Shown one piece after another: positions 39,323-49,319 of a DNA stretch of 59,028 bases; within the stretch, counting starts at the first letter, position 1, and each line of letters opens with the position of its first letter. The DNA is from Myxococcales bacterium. Lineage in GTDB: Bacteria > Desulfobacterota > Binatia > HRBIN30. The notes beneath the pieces were generated by a model that did no database searches, was not told the origin of the DNA, and saw only the letters and a list, made by a program, of their open reading frames with translations. The stretch is from the NCBI GenBank assembly GCA_037445065.1, contig JBBILD010000023.1:1-59028 (forward strand). Reading direction: 5' to 3'. The position numbers and the translations under genes were made by a program.

Positions 39323-42300
39323 GCCGCAAGAACATGGATCCCTATTGGATTGCGCGCAACGGCCGCCTTTTGGGCAATGGCCGCTACCGCGTCTTTCTCG
39401 ACGCGCGTGGCGGAGGGGTGTCGTTTTGGGAGGGCGTGCAACTCTCCGCTTGGGAGCCGGATCCGGTGCTGGCCGCTGGGGGTTGGTGGATCGCGCTCCA
39501 GGAAGAAGGTGAGGACAGCGCCTGGTTTACAAGCCCGGGCCCACCTGGGGCACGGCTCGTCCGCTCTCGCATCGAGCGTCATCCGGCCACGCAGGTATAC
39601 TGCACGGCTCGAGGGCGCGTGCGGGCGTGCCTCGAAGTTTGGGTGGATGCGGAGCGGGACTTCGAGGTCCGCCGCCTCACGGTGCAGAACAGCGGCCTAC
39701 GCCCTGTGCGCTTGCTGGTCACGAGCTGCGCGGACGTGGTCTTGAACGACTTTCACGCCCACCGCGCGCACCCGGCGTTTTCCAAACTCTTCGTGCAGAG
39801 CGAGTGGGACGCAGAACTGCAGGCACTCTGCTTCCGCCGGCGCCCGCGCAGCGCTGAGGAACATTGGCCGGTATTGGCGCTGATGGTGTGCGAACGGCGC
39901 GCGTGCGAATGGGAGAGCGAGCGCGCCAAGTGCTTGGGCCGCTACCGCACGATCGCAAGCGCACGCGCTTTCTGCTCTGCGCAGCCGCTGAGCGGCAGTG
40001 CCGGTTCGGTCCTCGACCCCACCGCCGCGCTCCGGCAACGGCTTTTGCTCGCGCCGGGAGAACGGGCTCAGGTCACGTTTGTGGCGGCGGTGGCGGCCAC
40101 GCGCAGCGAGCTGCGCGCTTTGCTGGCCTCCGTGCGCCGCGCCAGCGCGATTGCTGCCTCCCGAGAGCGCAGTGACCGCGCCGCCCGGCAGTGGTTGCAA
40201 CAGCATGGTCTCGGGCTGGGCGAGGCCTTGGACAGCGAGGAAGTCGCGGTGGCGCTGCAGTACGGCTGTGGTGCACCCCGGCTCGAACCGGTGGAGCGGC
40301 GCCAGGCACGGGTCTACGCGAGTCAGCTCGGTGGACATTCGGCTCCGCTCCTCTTGTGGAATGCCGAGCCGAGTGCGCAGAGCAAAACCCGCGCTGCACG
40401 TCTGCTCGCTTTGTGGCAAGCGCGAGGCTTTGCGGTGGACGCCGTCGTCCGCGCGGAAGGGGCGCGCTCAGCCGAGGTGTGGCAGCGTCACAGCGGCTCT
40501 TGGGTCAAGGCGCCCCACTGGGCAAAGGTTCCGCCCGCGGTCCTGCGCCGGATGGCGGCCTGTACCATTCCGGGCCCCAGACTCGCCTTGCTTGAGCCGC
40601 TCAAAGAGCGTCAGCCCAAAGAGCGTCAGCCCAAAGCGCGTTATCGGCCGCGCGTCCTGAGCGGCAAACAACCGCGGGGCGACGGTGGACTCGAACTGGG
40701 AAACGGTTACGGCGGCTTTGAACCGCAGAGTGCGGACTATGTGATCCTGCTGCAGCGCGACCGCGTCCCCCCCATGCCTTGGGCCAACGTGATCGCCAAC
40801 CCGAGCTTCGGCTGCTTGGTAAGCGAGCGGGGCACGATCCACACCTGGGGCCAGAACAGCCGCGAGTGGCGCCTGACTCCCTGGAGCAACGATCCAGTCG
40901 GTGACCCGTTCGCGCAGGCGCTCTATGTGCGTGACGAGCAGCGCGGCGTGTTTTGGTCGCCGTTGCCCGGGCCGGCCCCCAGCGCACCGGGCTGCGTGGT
41001 CCGGCACAGCCGCGGTTTCAGCGAGTGGCGGAGCGAGTGCAACGGCTTGGTGCAAGCGGTGCGGGTGCTGGTTGCCGCTGAGGATCCGGTACAACTCGTC
41101 CAACTCGACCTCGAAAACCCGAGCACGACGCGGCGCGAACTCTCCGTGTGGTGGTACGCACAGCTCGTGCTCGGGGATTTGCCAGAGAAGAGCCGCCGCT
41201 GGGTGTCTGTGCAGTGGGAGTCGCGTTCCAACCTTTTGCTGGCCGAGCGGAGCGACGTGGAGCAGCGGTTTTCCAGGGTAGCGTTTGCCACTGCGAGCGG
41301 CGGGCACGCGATCTTCGCGAACGGTTGCCGGCAGCACTTTTTCGGCGTGGGCGGCTCGCTCGGCGCGCCGCGGGCAGTGTGCGAGGACGAGCATCTCGTG
41401 TGGTGCGGCGGCGACCACAGCGATCCCGCCTTTGTCTTACAAGTACGCGTGACGGTGCCAGCGCAGGCGCGGGCGCAAGTGGTCATCGTGTTCGGAGAAG
41501 CGCGCGACCGCGCGCAAGCGGCCTTGCTGGCGCGCAAGTACGCGCGGCGGGATGCGGACACAGCGCTCCGCGAGGTGCAGGAGCGGTGGCGTGCTTTGCT
41601 CGCGCCGGTAGAAGTGCGCACACCGGTACCGGCGTTGGATCGGCTTCTCAATCCGTGGAGCCTGTACCAGGCGCTGAGTTGCCGGCTGTGGGGGCGAACC
41701 GCCTTTTACCAGTCGGGAGGGGCCTTTGGCTTCCGCGACCAACTGCAGGATGCGACCGCGTTGCTCTGGGTGGATCCCAGCATCACCCGGGAGCAGATTC
41801 TGCTGCATGCCTCCCATCAGTTCCCCGAGGGAGATGTTTTGCACTGGTGGCACCCCCCGTGGGAGCGGGGCACACGTACGCGTTTTTCCGATGACTTGCT
41901 ATGGCTGCCGTGGGCCGTGAACGAGTATTGCGCGTTCACGGGCGATGTTCGGATTTTGCAGGAGCCCGCTCCCTTTGTTTGCGCGCGCGACCTCGAACCA
42001 GGGGAGGACGAAGCTTACCTCGCGGTCCAGCGCATGTCTCTGACTGCCGACTTGTACCTGCACTGTTGCTTGGCCATCGAGCGCGCGCTGACCCGCGGAG
42101 CGCACGGTCTGCCGCTCATGGGCACGGGTGACTGGAATGACGGCATGAATCGCGTGGGCCGGCTGGGCAAAGGGGAAAGCGTGTGGCTCGGCTTCTTCTT
42201 GACCATGGTGATCGAGAGGTTCGTGAGTTTTTGTGTGTATCGGGGTGACCGAACGCAGGCACGGCGCTACCAACGCTATTTGCGCGAGTTGCGCCAGGCG

Positions 42301-43116
42301 CTGGAGACGGCGGGTTGGGACGGCCGCTGGTACCGTCGCGCGTACTACGACGACGGCTCGCCGCTAGGCTCCGCGAGCAACCAGGAGTGCCGCATTGATG
42401 CGCTCGTTCAGGCATGGGCGGTGATCTCCGGCGTTGCGCCACCCGCGCGTGCGAACTCTGCGCTGGACGCAGTGAACGAGTTCCTGGTGGACCCGGAGGC
42501 CGGTTTGATTCGGCTGCTCGCGCCGCCATTCGATCGCGATCCGCACGATCCCGGCTACATCAAAGGCTATCTCCCCGGGATCCGAGAAAACGGCGGCCAG
42601 TATACGCATGCCGCCCTGTGGGTGGTGCAGGCGTTTGCCCTGCTCGGGCGGCGCAACGAAGCGGGGCGCCTCCTGGAACGACTCCTACCACAATGGCATG
42701 CGCGCGATCCGCAAGCTGTAGAGCGGTATCAAGTCGAGCCGTACGTGGTGGCAGCCGACATTTACGGTGCCGAGCCTCATCGCGGGCGGGGTGGGTGGAC
42801 GTGGTACACGGGCTCTGCTGGTTGGCTGTTCCGGGTGGCCGTGGAGACCATTCTCGGATTGCGAATTGCAAACGGCATGAGCCTAGTGGTGTCGCCCCGT
42901 ATTCCTGACTGGTGGCCTGGCTACGAAGCCACGGTTCGCCCGCCGGGTGCAGTTGTGACGTACCGGGTACGGGTCGAGAACCAAAACGGTTGCGCGGCGC
43001 GGATTGTTCGAGCCAGGCTGGATGGACGCCCGGTCTACCCCTACGGCGACAAGGTCATGGTGCCTTTGCTCAAGGATTCGGGCGAACACGAACTCGTGTT
43101 GGAACTGGGCTACTGA
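39319..43116 (+). CDS. GH94 glycoside phosphorylase (NdvB/Cgs C-terminal-like)
   Basis: Motifs AHPAFSKLF, RLTPWSNDPV, YQSGGAFGFRDQLQD, GDWNDGMN and RENGGQYTHA. The GTG at 39319 overlaps the upstream stop. Confidence 0.88.
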   Translation: MSRKNMDPYWIARNGRLLGNGRYRVFLDARGGGVSFWEGVQLSAWEPDPVLAAGGWWIALQEEGEDSAWFTSPGPPGARLVRSRIERHPATQVYCTARGRVRACLEVWVDAERDFEVRRLTVQNSGLRPVRLLVTSCADVVLNDFHAHRAHPAFSKLFVQSEWDAELQALCFRRRPRSAEEHWPVLALMVCERRACEWESERAKCLGRYRTIASARAFCSAQPLSGSAGSVLDPTAALRQRLLLAPGERAQVTFVAAVAATRSELRALLASVRRASAIAASRERSDRAARQWLQQHGLGLGEALDSEEVAVALQYGCGAPRLEPVERRQARVYASQLGGHSAPLLLWNAEPSAQSKTRAARLLALWQARGFAVDAVVRAEGARSAEVWQRHSGSWVKAPHWAKVPPAVLRRMAACTIPGPRLALLEPLKERQPKERQPKARYRPRVLSGKQPRGDGGLELGNGYGGFEPQSADYVILLQRDRVPPMPWANVIANPSFGCLVSERGTIHTWGQNSREWRLTPWSNDPVGDPFAQALYVRDEQRGVFWSPLPGPAPSAPGCVVRHSRGFSEWRSECNGLVQAVRVLVAAEDPVQLVQLDLENPSTTRRELSVWWYAQLVLGDLPEKSRRWVSVQWESRSNLLLAERSDVEQRFSRVAFATASGGHAIFANGCRQHFFGVGGSLGAPRAVCEDEHLVWCGGDHSDPAFVLQVRVTVPAQARAQVVIVFGEARDRAQAALLARKYARRDADTALREVQERWRALLAPVEVRTPVPALDRLLNPWSLYQALSCRLWGRTAFYQSGGAFGFRDQLQDATALLWVDPSITREQILLHASHQFPEGDVLHWWHPPWERGTRTRFSDDLLWLPWAVNEYCAFTGDVRILQEPAPFVCARDLEPGEDEAYLAVQRMSLTADLYLHCCLAIERALTRGAHGLPLMGTGDWNDGMNRVGRLGKGESVWLGFFLTMVIERFVSFCVYRGDRTQARRYQRYLRELRQALETAGWDGRWYRRAYYDDGSPLGSASNQECRIDALVQAWAVISGVAPPARANSALDAVNEFLVDPEAGLIRLLAPPFDRDPHDPGYIKGYLPGIRENGGQYTHAALWVVQAFALLGRRNEAGRLLERLLPQWHARDPQAVERYQVEPYVVAADIYGAEPHRGRGGWTWYTGSAGWLFRVAVETILGLRIANGMSLVVSPRIPDWWPGYEATVRPPGAVVTYRVRVENQNGCAARIVRARLDGRPVYPYGDKVMVPLLKDSGEHELVLELGY
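40602..40636 (+). repeat. In-frame 15-bp tandem duplication (KERQP twice)
   Basis: CAAAGAGCGTCAGCC twice, followed by CAAAG. Confidence 0.9.
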
Positions 43117-43242
43117 ACAGGCGACTGTCGCCGGCGCAGTCCGCTTTTGCCGTCTGCCCTGAGCCGTGGCTCCGGCGAGGTATGGAAACTTGTAACCCTC
43201 TTGAATCCCGAGGGTCGTAGGGAGGAGCAAGGGTCCCGGCGC

Positions 43243-43629
43243 TCAGCGCTCTGTTGCCTGTTTGAACTGTTTGACCAGGTCGGTCAGCGCGACCACGAGC
43301 TTACCGAGGCTGAACTCGACTCGTGCCATGGCCGACGGCAACGGCTCCGAGCGGCGCTCGCGCGCCAGCAGTTCGAGGCGCAGCGTGGACTGGACCAGTG
43401 CTTCGGCGCCGAAGATGGCGGCCGAGCCCCGCAGGGAATGCGCCAAGGACGCAATGGCCGCCAAGTCGTTTGTTGCCAGAGCTTCGTGGAGGGCACCGAT
43501 ACGCCGCGGCACATCGTCAAGAAACAACTCTGCGATTTCGCACAAGATCGCGCGGTCGCCGCCGGCGGCGGCAAGGGCCCTCGTTGCATCGAACCAGCGT
43601 TCCTCGGACATGCTTGCCATCGGATTCAA
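43243..43629 (-). CDS. Stand-alone Hpt (histidine phosphotransfer) protein
   Basis: LAHSLRGSAAIFGA motif in an all-helical protein of about 125 aa. GAGGAGG RBS. Confidence 0.88.
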   Translation of the reverse strand: MNPMASMSEERWFDATRALAAAGGDRAILCEIAELFLDDVPRRIGALHEALATNDLAAIASLAHSLRGSAAIFGAEALVQSTLRLELLARERRSEPLPSAMARVEFSLGKLVVALTDLVKQFKQATER

Positions 43630-43655
43630 TCCTCAAACCTCCTCTCTTTTGCCAG

Positions 43656-46058
43656 TCAAGCGCAAGCGAGATGGCTGCGCGGCTGGGCTTCATTCGGTCG
43701 GCCTTCGCGCGTTGTGCCTTCGTATCCGTAGGTACGCTGCAAAATGCGGCGCACGCGAGCCACCAGCTCATCGCGCGAAAACGGTTTGGTCAAGTAGTCG
43801 TCTGTGCCGAGCAAAAACGCTCGGGTGCGGTGTTCGCTGCTGTCTAGCGCTGTGAGCATCAAGACCGGCAAAAAGGCGGTGCGAATGTCGCTGCGCAGGC
43901 GTTCGCAAAGCTCGAATCCACTCATCCCTGGCATCATCACGTCGAGCACGAGCAAGTGAGGCAGGGCGGCTTCGATCCGCTCCAGGGCTTCGCCTCCGCT
44001 TTCTGCCGTGCGGACCACGAGTGGCAGGCCGCTCCGTTCCAGGACGCGTTGTACCAAGCGGCGCGCGTCAGGCTCGTCTTCCACCACCAGCACGTCGAAC
44101 GAAGGCGGTCGGGCGCCCGCGGGCTGCTTTTGCAGGGGAGGGCCCGCGGGCGAGGGGGTGACCGCCTGGCTTGCTGCGGGCTGGGGGGTCGTCGCCGGCC
44201 CGCAGCAAGGGGAGGGATCGGATCCGCTCACCTCGGAGCGGTTTGCACTGCGCTTCGATGCTTCCTCTTGGCCATCGGCAAACGGATTCCCGGCGGGCGT
44301 GGCAAAAGCGGTTCGCTGGTGCGGGCAAACGCTGCTCCCTTCGTCTCCAGCCAGTACGCGCCACGCCTCTTCCACCGTCGTCGAGCCTTCGAGGACCAGA
44401 CGGGCAAGTTCCTCGGTGAGGCCCGGAGTTTTTCCGTGTTGCAGGGCAAAGCGCAGGTCCTGTTCGCTGCGCACGGAGGGCAAAAAAGCGCGGATCTCGG
44501 GCGAGATCGGGAGAAATTGGAACACCGGAACGCGGCCGCGGTAACCGGTCTTGCGGCACGCTCCGCAACCCCGCCCGCGTACGTAGCATTGGCTCGATGC
44601 GGGCACATGCAAGCGCACAAGCAGACCGCGTTCCGGTTCGTACGGCTCTTGGCAGTGGGCGCACACCTTGCGTGGTAAGGCTTGGGCGATCACGAGACCC
44701 AGCCCTTTGGTGACGAGGGACGGGTCGTCTGCGAGTTCAAAGAGGTGCCAGAGCGCCCCCACCGCGTCGGTGCAGTCGCTTTCGGCCAGCACGAGCCAAC
44801 CGTTGCTGGCCATTTGCAGCGCGAATCGTGCGGCGGACGAATCTGCAATTCTTCCCGTCACGAGAGTGAGTTGGGGAGATGCTGGAGACTGAGCCAGCAC
44901 ACCCTCCGGATCGGAAAGGTTCGGGGCGTAGCGGGAGGCGTGACTGTCCGCGGCGCTTCCGGGATCGAACCAGTACGAGCCATCGATCGGGAAGACCGGA
45001 CCCTGCTGCGCGCACAACAAGGCCAAGGCGTTCAAGGTCGTGCTCTTGCCGCTGTGTGGCCCGCCTGCCACCAGCACGAGACCGCTTCCGCGACGCAAGG
45101 TGTGGTGGACTTGCTGCAAGGCGCCCGCCTCCATGCCGAGTTCCTCGACGGCAAGTGCCCCGCGTGTGCTTTCGCGCCAGCGAAAGGCCAGATGCACGCC
45201 GACAGCGCTTGGTTCGGCCCAGCCCTCGAGTGTGCCGCTCCGGCCGGACAATACCAAGCACACCGCTCCACGCCGCCCGATGGGCCGTGCCGCTGGGTCG
45301 AGGCCGATGAGAGCCTTTCCAGCGCGCACCAGGGCTTGCTCGAGCCACTTGGGAAAGCGCAGAAATTCCTCGTACACGCCGTCAATGCGTACCCACACGT
45401 AGAGTGCTTCCGCGGTAGGCTCGAGGTGAATTTCTTCCGCTCCGCAGGCGATTGCTTTTTCCAGTACGGTGCGCAGGAGCTGATCTTCGCTGGCGGCAGC
45501 GGCGGCGCCGCGAGTGGCGCGCTGCAGGCTCGCGTCCCGGCTCGCTCGGGTCGTCTTGCCGGCTTGCTCCCCTGCGAGCGCCCTGGCGAGGTATTGTGCC
45601 ACGGTCTCTTCCGCTTGGTAGGCCAGTGCCGTTGCCTCGCGGATTGCGCGTGGCGAGGCAACGACCAATTGCACCGGCTTGCCGCTTGCCGCCTGGACAC
45701 GCTGGATTGCGTTCCGGTCGAACGGGTTTGCAATGGCGATGCTCACCGTCGCCGAGGATTCGCCCACCCCTACGAGTTGGTATCGCTCGGCGACTTCTCG
45801 GGTAATGCCGGGAATGGGCGAGGCCGCACCCGACAAAGTTCCGGGCGAAGCGTATGGGAGGTGGAGCTTGGCGGCAACCCCTTGGGCGAGTGCCTCCTCA
45901 TCCGTGTCCGTTCGCGAGCCGAGCCAATCCCAGACCCGTCCGAAGCCCTCGTTTTGGAACGCCTGTTCCAGCTCCAAACAAATCGCTTCCGGTAGCAGCC
46001 CATGGCGGATCAAAAACCGCGCGAAGGCTTTCTCCCCATGGATCTCTTGTACAGTCAC
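43656..46058 (-). CDS. PilB/GspE-like ATPase (degenerate) fused to a C-terminal receiver domain
   Basis: T2SSE-like IANPFD, EIHLEP and VRIDG; Walker A GPHSGKST; CAHC...CGAC zinc motif; GYRGR. The REC domain has VEDE, LDVMMPG and YLTKPF. Confidence 0.85.
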   Translation of the reverse strand: MTVQEIHGEKAFARFLIRHGLLPEAICLELEQAFQNEGFGRVWDWLGSRTDTDEEALAQGVAAKLHLPYASPGTLSGAASPIPGITREVAERYQLVGVGESSATVSIAIANPFDRNAIQRVQAASGKPVQLVVASPRAIREATALAYQAEETVAQYLARALAGEQAGKTTRASRDASLQRATRGAAAAASEDQLLRTVLEKAIACGAEEIHLEPTAEALYVWVRIDGVYEEFLRFPKWLEQALVRAGKALIGLDPAARPIGRRGAVCLVLSGRSGTLEGWAEPSAVGVHLAFRWRESTRGALAVEELGMEAGALQQVHHTLRRGSGLVLVAGGPHSGKSTTLNALALLCAQQGPVFPIDGSYWFDPGSAADSHASRYAPNLSDPEGVLAQSPASPQLTLVTGRIADSSAARFALQMASNGWLVLAESDCTDAVGALWHLFELADDPSLVTKGLGLVIAQALPRKVCAHCQEPYEPERGLLVRLHVPASSQCYVRGRGCGACRKTGYRGRVPVFQFLPISPEIRAFLPSVRSEQDLRFALQHGKTPGLTEELARLVLEGSTTVEEAWRVLAGDEGSSVCPHQRTAFATPAGNPFADGQEEASKRSANRSEVSGSDPSPCCGPATTPQPAASQAVTPSPAGPPLQKQPAGARPPSFDVLVVEDEPDARRLVQRVLERSGLPLVVRTAESGGEALERIEAALPHLLVLDVMMPGMSGFELCERLRSDIRTAFLPVLMLTALDSSEHRTRAFLLGTDDYLTKPFSRDELVARVRRILQRTYGYEGTTREGRPNEAQPRSHLACA

Positions 46059-46257
46059 GCCCCGATGCTCCGCGGCAGGCGATCACCAAGAGTTGTGCCA
46101 CCGCGGCCTCCTCGTCGCCCGGTTCGGCTGTTGTTCGATCCGCGGCGGGCCTCGCCACTGAGGGAGTGTCAATTGGCTGCCAAAAATCCGGGATTGTCCG
46201 ATCTGCAACGCACTGTGGGTCTGGAACGAGGACTGGCGAGGCCGTAGAGGAACGGGC

Positions 46258-47784
46258 ATGCGTTGGACGTCGTTCTCAGGGCCGGTCGGTTTGTTCCTTC
46301 TCATCTGGATCATTGCGGGCAGCGGTTGTGGGAGCGACGGCGATCCTCCCGGCGCGACCCTACCCGAATTGATGGCATTGCACGCCCGGCGCGGGGCGGC
46401 GGCTGGAATCTACGACAGCGCCGGCCGGCAGGTGTTGTTGCGGGGCGTCAATCTCAACAGTCTCGGCGATTATTACCAGGATGATCCGCAGTTGCCGACC
46501 GTGGTGCCGGCCACGCGACGCGATTTCGCGGCCATGGCCGAGTTGGGATTTAATGTTGTGCGCCTGGTGTTGAGCTGGTCGCGCCTCGAGCCGGAACCCG
46601 GGGTGATCGATCGGGGCTACATCGCAGCAATCCGTCAGTCCGTGCAGTGGGCAAAGGAGAACGGGTTGTACACCGTGCTGGACATGCACCAAGACGCTTG
46701 GGGCAAGTTTATCGCCACACCGCCGGGCACGCTTTGTACGGGCGAGCGGGAAGCAGCCATTGGCTGGGACGGTGCTCCCCAATGGGCCACCTTCACCGAT
46801 GGTCGCAGTACCTGCAGGGTGCGCGGCGTGCGCGAGTTATCGCCGGCAGTGTCGGCTGCGTTCGAGAACTTTTATGCGAACCGCGACGGCATCCAGGACC
46901 ACTTTGTGCGTGCCTGGGCTTCGCTTGTTGCAGAGTTCGCGAGCGAGACGGCGGTGGCCGGGTACGATTTGTTCAACGAACCACACTTCGGCGCCAGTCT
47001 GACAGGCGGAGCGGAAAAGCTCGCTGGCCTGTACCGCAGTCTAGTCCCAGCCCTGCGCGAAGCGGAACGACGGGCAGGCGGCTTCCCGCACATCATCTTC
47101 TTTGAGCCGGTGATCCTGTGGCCGGTCGGCGACTCGCTGCCAGCAGAGGATTTTATCCTGGATGATTCGTTTGTCTTTGCACCGCACAATTACGCGGAGT
47201 CGATTACCGGGTTCAATTCCCTGACCATCGAGCAGGCGTTTGCACGAGCTGTTGAAGACGCGGCCCGATACGGCACCACATTTTGGATTGGCGAGTATGG
47301 GTGGTTTTCCGATCCGGCGGACAACGCGGAGCGGCTTGGCCGCTACGCTGCCGAAGAGGATCGCTTGCTCGTCGGCGGCGCTTGGTGGCAGTGGCGGCAG
47401 GCGTGTGGCGACCCGCACAGCATCTGGGTTCCCGGTGGGCGGCCCCCAGCGGTCCTGATTCACCTACACCGCACGGGCTGCCCGGGCGACATGGACTTGG
47501 GCCTCGTGCCCGAATGGGTCGGTGTGTTGTCTCGCCCCTATGTGCGCGCAGCGCCGGGAAAGCTGCGCACGATGCAAAGCGATCCGAATCGTGCATGGCT
47601 GCGCTTCGCGGGGGAAACTGATTTAATAGGTATAGCGGACGTGTGGGTCCCGGCGCGCGGCGGGCACGTGCCCCAAGTGCGTGCAGAAAACGCGGTTGGC
47701 TGGGCAGTGGTTGAAGTGCCTGGCGGCTTCCGCGTATTCGTGCGCGTTGCGCAGGCGTATCGAGTCGAGGTCGGTTACTTTTGA
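46258..47784 (+). CDS. GH5 endoglycoceramidase-like exported protein (probable lipoprotein)
   Basis: SGC lipobox-like motif, GRQVLLRGVN, WSRLEPEPG, LDMHQD, FNEP (acid/base), GEYG (nucleophile) and LSRPY.RA.PG. Confidence 0.82.
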   Translation: MRWTSFSGPVGLFLLIWIIAGSGCGSDGDPPGATLPELMALHARRGAAAGIYDSAGRQVLLRGVNLNSLGDYYQDDPQLPTVVPATRRDFAAMAELGFNVVRLVLSWSRLEPEPGVIDRGYIAAIRQSVQWAKENGLYTVLDMHQDAWGKFIATPPGTLCTGEREAAIGWDGAPQWATFTDGRSTCRVRGVRELSPAVSAAFENFYANRDGIQDHFVRAWASLVAEFASETAVAGYDLFNEPHFGASLTGGAEKLAGLYRSLVPALREAERRAGGFPHIIFFEPVILWPVGDSLPAEDFILDDSFVFAPHNYAESITGFNSLTIEQAFARAVEDAARYGTTFWIGEYGWFSDPADNAERLGRYAAEEDRLLVGGAWWQWRQACGDPHSIWVPGGRPPAVLIHLHRTGCPGDMDLGLVPEWVGVLSRPYVRAAPGKLRTMQSDPNRAWLRFAGETDLIGIADVWVPARGGHVPQVRAENAVGWAVVEVPGGFRVFVRVAQAYRVEVGYF

Positions 47785-47879
47785 AACCTGTGTGCCCGCT
47801 GGGGTTCCCCGCCCGCGGAGCCACTCGTTTCGCGAATGGTGGGTGGAGGGCACAAAAGGTGTCGGCGCTTGCCAACGGT

Positions 47880-47899
47880 TCCCGCGAAGCGGGGTTTTT
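47880..47899 (+). terminator. Possible intrinsic terminator
   Basis: TCCCGC-GAA-GCGGGG followed by TTTTT, between convergent genes. Confidence 0.4.
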
Positions 47900-47987
47900 G
47901 CTGCTAGCGCTGAAGCGCCGTGCTTCCTGGTTGCCGACTCTGGCTCGTCCTGGCGGTTGGCTCTCGCTCCCGGACCTTGGGGCGGGC

Positions 47988-48494
47988 TCAGTGGCGGCCG
48001 CTCGCTAGTTCACGCACGATGCGCACCAGCTCGGACTGTTGGACAGTACGGGTGAGGGCGTGGTCGTCGTCCACCTCGATGAGCCGGACCAGCTCCGGGG
48101 AGCCCGTTCTGGCGAGCTGGCGGCTATCCTCGATGCGCACCACCGTGTCGTTGCGGCCGTGTACGATCCACACTGGGACGCCGGGAGGCAGATGTCGCGG
48201 CACGGGGTAGTGAAATACCGCTGGCGCGAGTAGCAGGGTGGGGCCTCTCCAACGGCCGCGATGGAGCAGTGCCACGGCGACCGCTCCCCCGAAAGAAGAA
48301 CCGACCAAAACCTGCGGTTGAAACTCCCCCAGCACTCGTTCGTGGAGTTCGACGCAGCCCCAAAAGTCGGAAGTGTCCATGGCAGGCGTGTAGGCATCGA
48401 AATGGCGGGAAAAAAGCTGCGCCTTGGTGCCCCGCGGGCTGCCTTCGAGGCCGTGGATGAACTGCAAACGGATCGCCGTTGCCATGCGCCCCAT
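47988..48494 (-). CDS. Small alpha/beta hydrolase (YqiA-like)
   Basis: Motifs HGLEGSP, GSSFGG, HGRND and DDDH. Confidence 0.85.
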   Translation of the reverse strand: MGRMATAIRLQFIHGLEGSPRGTKAQLFSRHFDAYTPAMDTSDFWGCVELHERVLGEFQPQVLVGSSFGGAVAVALLHRGRWRGPTLLLAPAVFHYPVPRHLPPGVPVWIVHGRNDTVVRIEDSRQLARTGSPELVRLIEVDDDHALTRTVQQSELVRIVRELASGRH

Positions 48495-48625
48495 TGTGCC
48501 GGACGGACACGGAATCGCAAACCCCGTGCGTGGCTCCTGTTACCGACTAAGCGCGGCGGCCTGCGCGACGGTGTTCTTTCTTTGCTGCCAGGCCTGTGCT
48601 TGATAGCCGCGGCGGAGGAGGAAGT

Positions 48626-49285
48626 ATGGACTTGGCAACTGTGGATCATCTGCTCACCACCACACGCTCGGTGCGCAAGCGGCTCGATTTGCGCCGACCC
48701 GTGCCGCTCGAGGTGATCGAGAAGTGCATCGAAATCGCGATTCAGGCTCCCACCGGTTCCAATGCGCAGAACTGGCATTTTGTGGTGGTCACCGATGCCG
48801 ATAAGCGACGTGCGGTGGCAGACCTGTACCGGCGCGCCTTTACGGCGTACCGTGAGATGAACACGGATGCGCCGCAGCTACGCCCCGGAGACCCGCGGCG
48901 GGAGCAGACGCTGCGCATCGTGGATTCGGCGTCGTACCTCGCCGAGCATTTGCACGAGGTGCCGGTCCACATCATCCCTTGTGTCGAAGGGCGCGCCGAG
49001 CACGGCCCGCTGGTCATGCAGGCATCTCTGTACGGTTCGATCCTGCCGGCGACGTGGTCGCTGATGCTGGCCTTGCGCGCACGCGGAATCGGCTCCGCCT
49101 GGACCACTCTGCACCTGGTCTACGAGAAAGAAGCCGCCGCGGTACTGGGGATTCCGGAACACGTGACGCAGGCGGCGCTTCTGCCGGTGGCGTATTTCAC
49201 CGGGGAGGATTTCAAGCCAGCCAAGCGCCTACCGGTCCGCCGCTTTATTTCTTTGAATCGTTGGGGCGGGCCCCTGCCAGGGTAA
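48626..49285 (+). CDS. Nitroreductase-family protein
   Basis: Motifs TTRSVRKRL, APTGSN.Q.W.F and RARGIGSAWTT. GGAGGAGG RBS. Confidence 0.9.
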   Translation: MDLATVDHLLTTTRSVRKRLDLRRPVPLEVIEKCIEIAIQAPTGSNAQNWHFVVVTDADKRRAVADLYRRAFTAYREMNTDAPQLRPGDPRREQTLRIVDSASYLAEHLHEVPVHIIPCVEGRAEHGPLVMQASLYGSILPATWSLMLALRARGIGSAWTTLHLVYEKEAAAVLGIPEHVTQAALLPVAYFTGEDFKPAKRLPVRRFISLNRWGGPLPG

Positions 49286-49319
49286 TCAGCGCGCAGGCCT
49301 CACGGCGCTCGGGCCGGGC

